Assembly: GCA_016191105.1 (NCBI GenBank) | Contig: JACPPH010000005.1 | Location: 721 to 64,720, forward strand | DNA: 64,000 nt | Direction: 5' to 3' | Origin: Candidatus Saccharimonadota bacterium | GTDB lineage: Bacteria; Patescibacteriota; Saccharimonadia; CAILAD01; BJGX01 | Shown: piece by piece, positions 23,369 to 32,272 of the stretch | Layout of the letters: each line of letters opens with the position of its first letter | Numbering within the stretch: position 1 is the first letter of the stretch | Translations under genes and position numbers: made by a program | The notes under the pieces: model-generated | Databases searched by the model: none | What the model was told of the DNA's origin: nothing | The model's input: only the letters and a program-made list of their open reading frames with translations

Positions 23369-24235
23369 CTAAAGTAAGCCCCGCCGTTTGCCAGCCAAAG
23401 GCTGACCCGCCCCGCCAGCCCTGGATTTTGATTGTTTTTGGATTTCCCCCGCCAAATTTCTTTGCGTTGTATTTTCGGGTTCGGTCAACCAGAAGACAAC
23501 CGGATTTTTGCTACCAAAAATGGCTATCTTAGGTTCTGGTTTTGGCTGCGGGATAGAGCGGCTCAAGGTCATAACGGTCTCTGCTTGTACTCGGGCACCA
23601 GTATCGTCCAAGCCTATTTTGAATTTTTGTTTAACTTCATCTAGTTCGTTTCTGTTTAACGCTACGATCTCTGTCATTTTTCTTTCATAATCAATCTGCT
23701 GTGCCGGAACTATTACTTGGTCGTAGTGTTCGGGAGCTGCGTCCTTGAAGCCCGCAGCTAGTCTACTAGCCGCAATAAACAGATTATAGTAACCGCTGCT
23801 TTGCAGGCTTTCGAGCGGTATTTCCGCAAACCACATAAGCGCAGCTCGTCCGTCGTCAAGATTAAGGGGTGCAATCGCTACTTGAACATTGTTGACGTTG
23901 GCGAGAGCTAGGTCTGAAAACGAAACAGCTAGACGTGCAGCACCGGCATAGTCAGTCAGTGTAGACTTCTTTGCTTTTATAGTCTCCCGCCAAACCATCT
24001 TTTTCGTATCAATTGTTGCCGTAACAGTTCGTGTTCCGGGGTCTATATCTATACACATTAGGTCATCAAAGAAACCTGTTTGCAAATTTTCTGCCACAGT
24101 TGGTAGAACAATTTCTTGGTGTTGCACATATGAGTCGGCAGCTTTTGCCGCACCGTTCAACGTAATAATGTCAATCGCCGAAACACCTTTTTCAAAAACA
24201 AGGGCTTGGTCATCAAATTGGCTCTGGTATCGCAT
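23369..24235 (-). CDS. Serpin-like protein, C-terminus replaced by element-end sequence
   Basis: QKFKIGLDDTGARVQAETVMTLSRSIPQP...FGSKNPVVFWL resembles the serpin hinge and reactive centre loop; last ~30 aa come from the repeat arm. Confidence 0.5.
   Translation of the reverse strand: MRYQSQFDDQALVFEKGVSAIDIITLNGAAKAADSYVQHQEIVLPTVAENLQTGFFDDLMCIDIDPGTRTVTATIDTKKMVWRETIKAKKSTLTDYAGAARLAVSFSDLALANVNNVQVAIAPLNLDDGRAALMWFAEIPLESLQSSGYYNLFIAASRLAAGFKDAAPEHYDQVIVPAQQIDYERKMTEIVALNRNELDEVKQKFKIGLDDTGARVQAETVMTLSRSIPQPKPEPKIAIFGSKNPVVFWLTEPENTTQRNLAGEIQKQSKSRAGGAGQPLAGKRRGLL
23397..23463. repeat. Inverted repeat A (67 bp), partner 24819-24885
   Basis: aaaggctgacccgccccgccagccctgg...ccgccaaatttcttt is the reverse complement of its partner. 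Confidence 0.95.
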
Positions 24236-24297
24236 TTTTATTACTCCTTGCGTATAATTATAACTGAAATTGTTAGCAAAAACTTGAAAGGGAAACT

Positions 24298-24747
24298 ATG
24301 CAAGACGACAATCAGCAACCACGAGACGACCAGCAATACCACAACCCAGTAGACGGCCAAACTTACGTAACGAACGGCACATGGCAGACACACAACCCTG
24401 CAAGCCCTGCGCCCGAACCAACAGGACCAGTGAAGCTGGAGGGCGTCCGTCTCTTGGCCGATGAACAGACAGTTGCGGCTAGTGTTTCCACTGAAGCCCT
24501 CAGCCAGTACATTAAAAGTATCTCTGGAGTTGTTGAAGCAGTCGCAAAAGACTCGCCTACGGCATTCGAGCTTCTTATTCAGTTTGAGCTGGCAACCGAT
24601 AAGCCAGTGTCTGTACAAATCAGTAATCAGGGTGAAGTATCTCAAGAGTTATTACAAAAAATCTACGAAGCACTAGGCACATTACAAGCACCTGCTGTTT
24701 CTGGAAATCCAGTACCATTCCAGGTGCACTACAAGATTAACCCCTAG
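24298..24747 (+). CDS. Hypothetical cargo protein
   Basis: 149-aa ORF with upstream TATAAT and purine-rich RBS. Confidence 0.7.
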   Translation: MQDDNQQPRDDQQYHNPVDGQTYVTNGTWQTHNPASPAPEPTGPVKLEGVRLLADEQTVAASVSTEALSQYIKSISGVVEAVAKDSPTAFELLIQFELATDKPVSVQISNQGEVSQELLQKIYEALGTLQAPAVSGNPVPFQVHYKINP

Positions 24748-24818
24748 CACCGACCACCACGCCGTTTCTGCCGTTTTCGGCAGCCGACCCGACAGACCTG
24801 GATTTTCTCAACTGAAAA

Positions 24819-25002
24819 AAAGAAATTTGGCGGGGGAAATCCAAAAACAATCAAAATCCAGGGCTGGCGGGGCGGGTCAGCCTTTTTCGGAATTGCCGCT
24901 CATTCGGGCGGTATTTTCTTTGGCTTTGCGGAGCAAAAGCCATATGTTCTTGGGGGGAAACGTATTTGGGGCAGCCGTTGGATGCGCCTTTTTGGTTTTT
25001 AG
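24819..25002 (-). repeat. Internal inverted copy of both attP arms with the ~85-bp core deleted
   Basis: 24883-25002 = revcomp of 26547-26666 (120 bp, 2 mismatches); 24819-24885 = revcomp of 23397-23463. Confidence 0.92.
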
Positions 25003-25033
25003 CCGCCATTGGCGGTTTTTGGTATAATTGCAA

Positions 25034-25135
25034 GTGGAACCAATTCAGTAGTTGTCTTTTTCGTTTGTCGGCTTTAATAGCCGTCTCGGACAATTTAAGG
25101 CAACTTGAATTGGTTCCACCGAGGCGGCTATTTAA
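25034..25135 (+). ncRNA. Candidate structured 5' leader RNA (pseudoknot or switch) of recombinase 1
   Basis: Interleaved stems gtggaaccaattca/tgaattggttccac and aatagccgtctcgg/ccgaggcggctatt; covaries with 37579-37668; TATAAT at 25023. Confidence 0.65.
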
Positions 25136-25151
25136 GTTGAGAGGGGGTGCT

Positions 25152-26714
25152 ATGAACGAAAAATATTATTTATACGCCAGAAAATCTACTGACGTAGAGG
25201 ACAAACAAGTTTTGTCTATTGAGGCGCAACTCGTTGAGTTGCGAGAATACGCCAAGCGAGAGAGTTTGCATATTGCCGCCGAGTTTGTGGAGAAAAAGTC
25301 CGCCAAGACAACGGGCAGACCCATATTCGGCAAGTTGTTAGCTGAAATAGAGCAAAATGGCGGCAATATTCTGGCGTGGCACCCAGATAGACTGGCTAGA
25401 AATAGTGTGGACGGTGGACAGATTGTCTATTTACTAGACAGCGGACAACTCGGCACACTCAAGTTCCCCTCTTTTTGGTTTGAGAATACTTCTCAAGGCA
25501 AGTTTATGTTGTCCATAGCGTTTGGACAGTCAAAGTATTATGTAGACAATCTGTCCGAAAACACCAAAAGAGGTTTGCGCCAAAAGGTGCGGCGGGGCGA
25601 ACGCCCCGGCCTTGCACCTGTCGGTTACATCAACGATGTACGCACAAAAACAGTTGTCGTAGACAAACGGCGTTCGCCTATTGTCATTGAGGCTTTTGGG
25701 TTGTACGCAAAAGGCAATCAACGGCTTGAGGATATTGCGAGCTTTCTTGCTAGTAAAGGAATACTAACCAAATCTGGCAAGCAATTCCCCAAAGACAAAA
25801 TTAAGCGTATGCTGACAAATCCGTTTTACTACGGACATTTCCGCTATTTTGGCGAGATACACGAGGGCAAACATACAGCCATAATTTCCAAGAAACTGTT
25901 TGACGAGGTGCAAGCTACGCTTGCCAAGCGTGGACGACCACAAAAAGGCGCAACTGCTCCACAGATTTTCTGTGGCTTGCTGCGTTGTGCAACCTGCAAT
26001 CTAGCCATAACTGCCGAAAAGAAAGTAAAACATCAAAAGAACGGCAATATTCACGAATACGTGTACTACCGTTGCACAAGAAAGCACAAAACAATCCGTT
26101 GCACCGAGCCAGCAGTAACCGAACCAGAACTAGCAACACAGCTCACAGACATTTTGCATAGCTACGCTATACCCAAAAGTTGGGCAGAACAACTAGAAAC
26201 AATGCTTGCTGCTGATGAAAAGAAAGCTAACCAATCCTCTGGAGTGTTTGTGGCTAACGCACAAACACGACTTGCGAGCTTGCAGGGCAAGCTCCAGCGA
26301 CTTTTAGACGGCTATTTAGACCAAGATATAGAGCAGAGTGTCTATCGGGCTAAACAAGCTGAGCTAATGTCCGAGAAAAAGTCGCTAGAGGAACAAGTCA
26401 GCAAGTTCACGCTTGCTAGTAATAGTTGGGTTGAACCTATGCGCCAGTGGCTCAAACAAGCGTATGACCTCAATGGAATTGCAGAGAGTGGCGAGCATAG
26501 TGCGATAAAGTCCGCTTTTCTTGAGATGGACGGATTGAAACTGTTTCTAAAAACCAAAAAGGCGCAGCCAACGGCTGCCCCAAATACGTTTCCCCCCAAG
26601 AACATATGGCTTCTGCTCCGCAAAGCCAAAGAAAATACCGCCCGAATGAGCGGCAATTCCGAAAAAAGTTTTCTAATGGTGCCGCGGAGAGGACTCGAAC
26701 CTCCACGAGCGTAA
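25152..26714 (+). CDS. Large serine recombinase (resolvase, recombinase and Zn-ribbon domains)
   Basis: YARKST, WHPDRLARN, CATC...YYRC; ATG at 25152; stop codon lies inside the antisense tRNA. Confidence 0.95.
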   Translation: MNEKYYLYARKSTDVEDKQVLSIEAQLVELREYAKRESLHIAAEFVEKKSAKTTGRPIFGKLLAEIEQNGGNILAWHPDRLARNSVDGGQIVYLLDSGQLGTLKFPSFWFENTSQGKFMLSIAFGQSKYYVDNLSENTKRGLRQKVRRGERPGLAPVGYINDVRTKTVVVDKRRSPIVIEAFGLYAKGNQRLEDIASFLASKGILTKSGKQFPKDKIKRMLTNPFYYGHFRYFGEIHEGKHTAIISKKLFDEVQATLAKRGRPQKGATAPQIFCGLLRCATCNLAITAEKKVKHQKNGNIHEYVYYRCTRKHKTIRCTEPAVTEPELATQLTDILHSYAIPKSWAEQLETMLAADEKKANQSSGVFVANAQTRLASLQGKLQRLLDGYLDQDIEQSVYRAKQAELMSEKKSLEEQVSKFTLASNSWVEPMRQWLKQAYDLNGIAESGEHSAIKSAFLEMDGLKLFLKTKKAQPTAAPNTFPPKNIWLLLRKAKENTARMSGNSEKSFLMVPRRGLEPPRA

Positions 26715-26764
26715 TGCTCACTAGAACCTGAATCTAGCGTGTCTACCAATTCCACCACCGCGGC
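26677..26764 (-). tRNA. tRNA-Leu(CAG)
   Basis: GCCGCGG..GGAATTGGTAGAC..CTAGA-TTCAGGT-TCTAG, long variable arm, GTTCGAGT, ACCA. Confidence 0.95.
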
Positions 26765-26806
26765 GTGGTTTAACTTGAGTATTTTACTATAGACGGGTCA
26801 ATATGG

Positions 26807-27673
26807 CTATTTTGTATAGAAGAAGTTATAGCCGCCGTCGTAAGCTCGATCCCAGGTGTAAGCTGGGTCTAGCAAACACCACACACTATGGTAGCAATCA
26901 ACACCGGCCCGTTGGGCCTCATAGCTCACGGCCTTAGCGTGTTCCACTACGTTATTAACACGCGCCAAGGTTGCGCCCTCTGGGGCGCCAGCGACTACAC
27001 GCAAACAAAATGAATTATTAACTGGAATGCCAAAGCTAAAGCGCCCATCATCACCAGTTACTACATTACGATCACCGCTACAGGTGTTTAGGGTAACCCC
27101 CTTAACAGGTTCATTATTAAGGGTTACCCGGCCGTTAACAACTACGTTGTAGCTACCAGAGGTAACCACGAAGGGGTTGGGTGGCGGAGATGATGCCGAC
27201 ACGGCCGCAATTTGAGAAGACGGGTTAAGCGTGTTGTCGTTGGTGCTGGCAGGCACATCGGCGCCGCTTATCCAGCAACGATAGCTGGCATTCCAGGGCT
27301 GAGTGCCGCGCCTGGCAAAGGTGTTGTTAAATGCCTGGTCTTGCACAGCCGGTGGGGCTTGACGTGGATCGGGGTATTGAGCTGCCAAGTCGGGGCCAAC
27401 TGCACCTTTCCATGTGCCATAGTCAAACTGATAAGCGCCAAAGTTGGTGCCATTGCTGGCCTGGTAGTTGCCTCCAGATTCACAACGAGCGATTCTTGAA
27501 CGCCAGTAGTCTGGGTTGGTGTTAAAAACTGGAGTTCCGGCTGCATATATTTGAGTAATTATAAATACGCCAACACCCACAAATACAAAAACTAAACCGA
27601 GCAACAGAAACTTGTTGCGTTTGGTAATGGTAAGTTTGTTTTTGCCGATTCGGGACTTGGTTTTGGCAGCCAT
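26807..27673 (-). CDS. Exported Rpf-like lytic transglycosylase
   Basis: IARCESGGNY..GAYQF...TW...QD.....GTQPW; N-terminal TM. Confidence 0.85.
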   Translation of the reverse strand: MAAKTKSRIGKNKLTITKRNKFLLLGLVFVFVGVGVFIITQIYAAGTPVFNTNPDYWRSRIARCESGGNYQASNGTNFGAYQFDYGTWKGAVGPDLAAQYPDPRQAPPAVQDQAFNNTFARRGTQPWNASYRCWISGADVPASTNDNTLNPSSQIAAVSASSPPPNPFVVTSGSYNVVVNGRVTLNNEPVKGVTLNTCSGDRNVVTGDDGRFSFGIPVNNSFCLRVVAGAPEGATLARVNNVVEHAKAVSYEAQRAGVDCYHSVWCLLDPAYTWDRAYDGGYNFFYTK

Positions 27674-27773
27674 AATTTGGTATAAACCTTACGCTTAGCC
27701 TATCTTATAATCAGGCCATAGTCAAGCTGGCTAGCTTGCTGCCTACCAACATACTTGTTATGATTTTAGAGAT

Positions 27774-29411
27774 ATGAAAAGCCCCATCAAAGATCTCGCT
27801 AGCCAATTAAGCGGTGAAGTTACAATAGCCGAGTCAGCTCGTCGCTACTTTTCTACCGATGGCAGCATATTTACTGTTAAACCAAAAATGGTCATTTATC
27901 CGCGCAATGAGACCGATGTGGTAAATGTGGTTAAGTATTTGAACTGGAAGGCTCAAGAAGGCGAGGTGATTAATCTAACCGCCCGTGGCAAAGGCACCGA
28001 CCAAGGCGGCGGCGCTCTGGGCAATGGTGCCATGTTGGTGTTTCCGGCCCATATGAAGGCACTCAAACACATCGATAAAGAAACCATTACCGTGCAACCC
28101 GGCATGATTTACGCTCACCTGCAAGGAATCTTGCACAGCCACTGGCGTTTTTTACCGCCGTACCCTGCTAGCATAGATTTTTGTACTATTGGTGGGGCAG
28201 TGGCCAACAATGCGGCTGGCGAGAAGACCCTTAAGTACGGCTCTACTCGGCACTGGGTTAAGGCGTTGCGTGTAGTTTTGAGCAATGGCGATGTTATTAC
28301 CACCAGTCGTTTAAACAAAAAAGAGCTAAGAGCCAAGAAAGCTCAAAGCGACTTCGAAGGCCATTTGTATCGCGAGATCGATGCTATGATCGAAGCCAAC
28401 CAAAAACTGTTACACGATCACAACTTGCACGTTAGCAAAAACTCTGCCGGTTACGATCTGTGGGACGTTAAACGTTCAGATGGTAGCCTTGACTTAAGTC
28501 AATTAATTGTCGGCTCCCAAGGCACGCTGGGGGTTGTGTCCGAAGCCACTTTTTATACCGAGGCCTACTCATCCAAAACCACCCTCGTGGTCGGTTATTT
28601 TGAAAGCATTCATAAGGCCCAAGAGGCTGTTCAGCACCTAATGAAGTTACAGCCCAGTGCGCTCGAGGTGGTGGATCATCACTTATTGGAGTTTTTGCAA
28701 AAAAACAAGCCCGAGCAGCTCGCAGGCTTACTGCCGAGCGAAGAGATCCCCCGAATTGTGCTGCTGTGTGAATTTGACGACTCTAAGCCAAAAGCCCAAG
28801 CCAAAAAGGCCAAAGCAGCCAGCGCCATATTCAAACACTATGCCCACGATCAACGCCTAGCAGTCAACAAAGATCAAGAAGACCAGCTGTGGCGCATCCG
28901 CCGGGGAGCGGCGGCCGTAATTTGGACCGTCGATGGGCCCAAAAAAGCCTTGCCAATTATCGAAGACGGTGCCGTGCCGGTCGAAAAACTAGGCGAGTTG
29001 CTAGAAGAAGCCGACAAGATGTTCGCCAAGTACAAGGTCGAAGTAGCTATTTGGGGTCATGCGGGCAATGGCCACCTGCATATTCAGCCGTTTCTGGACC
29101 TGGCCAACTTGCGTGATCGTGCCAAACTGTTTGCGCTTACTAATGCCTTTTACAAATTAGTCATTAAACTTGGCGGCACCACATGCGGTGAACACAACGA
29201 CGGCATTATGCGCGCGCCGTATTTAAAAGCTCTTTATGGTGCTGATCTGTACAAACTTTTCGAAGACGTTAAAAACTTGTTCGACCCCAACAACTTTTTG
29301 AACAATCAAGTGAAAATTGGTGTTAGCCACGAAGACGCTGTAACCAAACTGCGCCGTGAATACAACATGCGTCATTTGCACGACCATCTGCCAGCTAGCT
29401 ACAACCACTAG
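27774..29411 (+). CDS. FAD-linked oxidoreductase (GlcD/D-lactate dehydrogenase-like)
   Basis: ARGKGT, TIGGAVANNA, GSQGTLGV, GHAGNGHLH, GEHNDG. Confidence 0.9.
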   Translation: MKSPIKDLASQLSGEVTIAESARRYFSTDGSIFTVKPKMVIYPRNETDVVNVVKYLNWKAQEGEVINLTARGKGTDQGGGALGNGAMLVFPAHMKALKHIDKETITVQPGMIYAHLQGILHSHWRFLPPYPASIDFCTIGGAVANNAAGEKTLKYGSTRHWVKALRVVLSNGDVITTSRLNKKELRAKKAQSDFEGHLYREIDAMIEANQKLLHDHNLHVSKNSAGYDLWDVKRSDGSLDLSQLIVGSQGTLGVVSEATFYTEAYSSKTTLVVGYFESIHKAQEAVQHLMKLQPSALEVVDHHLLEFLQKNKPEQLAGLLPSEEIPRIVLLCEFDDSKPKAQAKKAKAASAIFKHYAHDQRLAVNKDQEDQLWRIRRGAAAVIWTVDGPKKALPIIEDGAVPVEKLGELLEEADKMFAKYKVEVAIWGHAGNGHLHIQPFLDLANLRDRAKLFALTNAFYKLVIKLGGTTCGEHNDGIMRAPYLKALYGADLYKLFEDVKNLFDPNNFLNNQVKIGVSHEDAVTKLRREYNMRHLHDHLPASYNH

Positions 29412-29416
29412 CTGAC

Positions 29417-29477
29417 TTATTGTTCGAAGCTTTAGCTGAGAACTACAGCAGTTCTCGACTGTGGTCTCGAACAATAA
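29417..29477 (+). repeat. Structured intergenic repeat, copy 2
   Basis: ttattgttcga...gagaact-acagc-agttctc...tcgaacaataa. Confidence 0.85.
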
Positions 29478-29583
29478 AACTAAATATAGTAAAATGTAGC
29501 GGTTAGGCCGCGGTGGTGGAAGTTCGCAAAACACGCAAGCTGTCGAGCAGAAGCGAGCAAGTTATATTAGGCTAGACTAGCCC

Positions 29584-29685
29584 CTCAACTAGTTTGGGGA
29601 GCTGATCAACTTAAAGATTAATAGGCCGCGGTGGCTCAACTAGTTTGGGGAGCTGATCAACTTAAAGATTAATAGGCCGCGGTGG
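29584..29685 (+). repeat. Exact 51-bp tandem duplication including the first 10 nt of tRNA-Leu
   Basis: ctcaactagtttgggg...aataggccgcggtgg x2. Confidence 0.9.
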
Positions 29686-29765
29686 TGGAATTGGTAGACA
29701 CGCTAGCTTGAGGGGCTAGTGCCCACTTTTCGGGCGTGGAAGTTCGAGTCTTCTCCGCGGCACCA
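29676..29765 (+). tRNA. tRNA-Leu(GAG)
   Basis: CTAGC-TTGAGGG-GCTAG anticodon arm, long variable arm, ACCA end. Confidence 0.95.
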
Positions 29766-29771
29766 GAAATT

Positions 29772-30200
29772 ATGAATATTATAGACGAAGTTAAAAAACT
29801 CAATCTCCCCATAGGAAGCTATGCGGTTTTCGGAAGCGGCCCAATGCAGGTTCGGAAAATTAAGCCTTTTAATAAAGATATAGACTTAATTGTTACACCC
29901 CAACTTTATGAGCAAATGAAGAGTGCGGGGTGGGATGAGAAATTTTGGGATGAAGGCACCAGATATCTGGTAAAAGGTATTCTTGAAGTATGTGATACTT
30001 GGGATTATCCTCCTTACCACCCAGATGTGGCTAAGCTGATAAAGCAAGCAGAAGTTATCGAAGGTGTGCCATTTGTTCAATTAGAAGAGGTTTTAAAGTA
30101 CAAAAAAGCCTATAATCGCCCAAAGGATCAAGTGGACGCAAAGCTTATTGAGGACTACTTAAGTTCTCAGCTGCCTCAACCACATTCTCCAGCAGCATAG
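29772..30200 (+). CDS. Hypothetical protein, nucleotidyltransferase-like fold
   Basis: VFGSG...DIDL...RPKDQVD. Confidence 0.65.
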   Translation: MNIIDEVKKLNLPIGSYAVFGSGPMQVRKIKPFNKDIDLIVTPQLYEQMKSAGWDEKFWDEGTRYLVKGILEVCDTWDYPPYHPDVAKLIKQAEVIEGVPFVQLEEVLKYKKAYNRPKDQVDAKLIEDYLSSQLPQPHSPAA

Positions 30201-30993
30201 CCACCGTAACCGGCCCCACACCGCCAGGGACTGGCGAGATGTAGCTGGCTTTTTCTTTCACACTGCTAAAATCAACGTCACCCTTTAGTTCACCGCCCAC
30301 ATCCATGGTGCCGGCATCTATCACAACCGCCCCCTTCTTAACCATATCGCCCGTAACTAGGCCAGCTTTGCCGGCGGCAGAGATAATAACATCGGCTTTT
30401 TGCAGGGTGCCGCTAAAATCTTCGGTTTGTCGGTGGGCTACAGTTACATCTTGGCTTTCGCTGGCTAAAATATCGTGCAGTGGTTTGCCCACCAACTGGC
30501 CGCGACCAACAATAACGATGTGTTTGCCCTTTAATTCAATATCCTCTCGGCGCAAGAGTTCCAGAATAGACTTGGGAGTAGCTGGCACTAGCGGGGCTTT
30601 GTCGGTTTTTAACAACTCCTGGCTGGTGCTGCTCAGCCCATCCACATCCTTTTCGGCCGGTATGTGGTCGAGCAGCTCTTGAGCACTGCCCCAACCATTA
30701 AAGGGCAGCTGGGCAATTATGCCATGAACTTTTAGGTCTTCAGCAAGCCCAGCTACAATCTTTTCGCACTCAGCTGGCGATTGACTGCTCAAGTCTAAGT
30801 ACTCGGTAGCTATGTCGAGCTCGCCAGCCCGGCGTTGCTTCATGCGAATATAAACTTTCGAAGGTTCGTCGGGATTAACGCCAATAATAACTAGCTTGGG
30901 CTGCACCCCGGCTTTTGCTAGCTTTTCTACACGAGGCTTAAGGTCTTTATAAACTTTTTGGGCGATCTTGCGGCCATCTATGATTTTGGTCAT
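30145..30993 (-). CDS. folD: Methylenetetrahydrofolate dehydrogenase/cyclohydrolase
   Basis: IIDGRKIA, KDVDG, VGRGQLVGKP, PVPGGVGP. Confidence 0.96.
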   Translation of the reverse strand: MTKIIDGRKIAQKVYKDLKPRVEKLAKAGVQPKLVIIGVNPDEPSKVYIRMKQRRAGELDIATEYLDLSSQSPAECEKIVAGLAEDLKVHGIIAQLPFNGWGSAQELLDHIPAEKDVDGLSSTSQELLKTDKAPLVPATPKSILELLRREDIELKGKHIVIVGRGQLVGKPLHDILASESQDVTVAHRQTEDFSGTLQKADVIISAAGKAGLVTGDMVKKGAVVIDAGTMDVGGELKGDVDFSSVKEKASYISPVPGGVGPVTVAMLLENVVEAAENLSSPQ

Positions 30994-31044
30994 AACTTAA
31001 TTCTATCAAAAAAGAGCCAATAGGCTCTAATGTTGGAATAATTT

Positions 31045-31542
31045 ATGGTGGCCCTTTTCCAACGGCTTTCGAATCCGCGCGGCGCGTTGGCGAATTCCCC
31101 TGAGGCATCCGATGAAATCGGCGCTGATGCGACACCTGAACCGTCTGGCACAACGACCGATCGGACTGTCCAGAAGCAAGTTCGACTCTCGTCTGAGCAA
31201 GTTGACGACCTCGTGGCCGCGTATCAGGCCGGGTGCTCAGTCCGTGACTGCGCACGGGACTTTGGCGTCCACCGGACAACTGTCATGAGTCATCTCGAGC
31301 GTCGCGGCGTTGAGCGGCGGGCACAGGGCCGCAAACTTGACGACGAAGCGGTAGCCCATGCCCGCTCGTTGTTCGCCGCTGGCCAGTCGGCTGCCTCGAT
31401 CGCTCGCGAGTACGAGGTAGATGCGGAGACAGTTCGCCGAGCGCTGCACAACGACTATCTAACGTCGTCGCTGCCGAGCACACAGCAACCTCGTCTGACG
31501 TCAGTGGAACAACGGCCGATCAACGCGGAGTGCCGGAGATGA
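31045..31542 (+). CDS. Tandem helix-turn-helix protein
   Basis: SVRDCARDFGVHRTTV and SAASIAREYEVDAETVRR; start coincides with the att junction. Confidence 0.7.
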   Translation: MVALFQRLSNPRGALANSPEASDEIGADATPEPSGTTTDRTVQKQVRLSSEQVDDLVAAYQAGCSVRDCARDFGVHRTTVMSHLERRGVERRAQGRKLDDEAVAHARSLFAAGQSAASIAREYEVDAETVRRALHNDYLTSSLPSTQQPRLTSVEQRPINAECRR

Positions 31543-32272
31543 CGACATACCCATAGTCCTTCTCAGGCGCGGTCACGAGGTCGGCATTCTGCTCAGACCA
31601 TCGGCCGGTAGTGATGTCGTTCTCAAGTCGTTGCATTGCGGTCGCGAGGTCACGGTCACCGATGCGCGCGAAGGCCGAGATGTTCCGGCGTACCCGGGGA
31701 TTGAGATACTGCTGAGGGCGTCGCCAGAATGCTTCGTATATACCGTCCTCAAAGTCCCACGGAAGTGGGAACGGACGCACCGAACCATCATTCAGATACT
31801 CGGTTATCTCTCCGATAGCAGGAAAGTTCGACCAGTCCTCGTCAAGCAGTTGAGGAAGGTACTGTCGTTCAAGCCAAAAGTCGTACTCGCAATCAGGATC
31901 TTGGGTGATGATCACCACCCTCGAAACACCAACGCGACAGACTTCGTCCAAGCCCAGTCGCCAGTCCTTCCAATGATGCAATGTGTGAACCGCGAGCACT
32001 CCACTCACGGACTTTGATCGTAGTGGGAGGTCTTCAGCAACGGCTCGCACTGAGATACCGCCCCCTCGCTGCGAAAGCATCGTTCTCGATGGGTCAAGAC
32101 CGATGACGAACTTGTCCGGCGGCTCGTACGAACCGCTACCGCATCCGACGTTTACAACCGAGTCGGTTCCACCTAGAAGTCGATCCACGATTTCGCGTAG
32201 ACGAGGATCAGTCCTTCTCGTCTCTGCGTATCCCGCGTCGAAGGCATTCGCCCCCAAGCCTGGAACAGTCAT
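31520..32272 (-). CDS. Class I SAM-dependent methyltransferase
   Basis: VNVGCGSGSY, DPS..ML, AEDLP, HHW. Confidence 0.88.
   Translation of the reverse strand: MTVPGLGANAFDAGYAETRRTDPRLREIVDRLLGGTDSVVNVGCGSGSYEPPDKFVIGLDPSRTMLSQRGGGISVRAVAEDLPLRSKSVSGVLAVHTLHHWKDWRLGLDEVCRVGVSRVVIITQDPDCEYDFWLERQYLPQLLDEDWSNFPAIGEITEYLNDGSVRPFPLPWDFEDGIYEAFWRRPQQYLNPRVRRNISAFARIGDRDLATAMQRLENDITTGRWSEQNADLVTAPEKDYGYVVISGTPR

Larger units (their letters stand above)
23323..26681. mobile_element. Island 1: serine-recombinase integrative element in the 3' end of tRNA-Leu(CAG)
   Basis: tggtg at both ends (23323-27, 26677-81); circularisation restores the in-frame recombinase C-terminus KSFLMV-SIYNEARTYFQEKA*. 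Confidence 0.85.

Noticed and set aside
24966-25151. N-terminal extension of recombinase 1 in the ORF track (and 37566-37604 for recombinase 2)
   Set aside because: Covers the IR, promoter and structured leader; homology between the two enzymes starts at ATG 25152 and 37565.
24883-26666. IS or transposon with TIRs
   Set aside because: The IR arm is part of the recombinase coding sequence, differs between elements, and has no target-site duplication or DDE enzyme.
29584-29685. Possible CRISPR array
   Set aside because: Two abutting units with no spacers and no cas genes.
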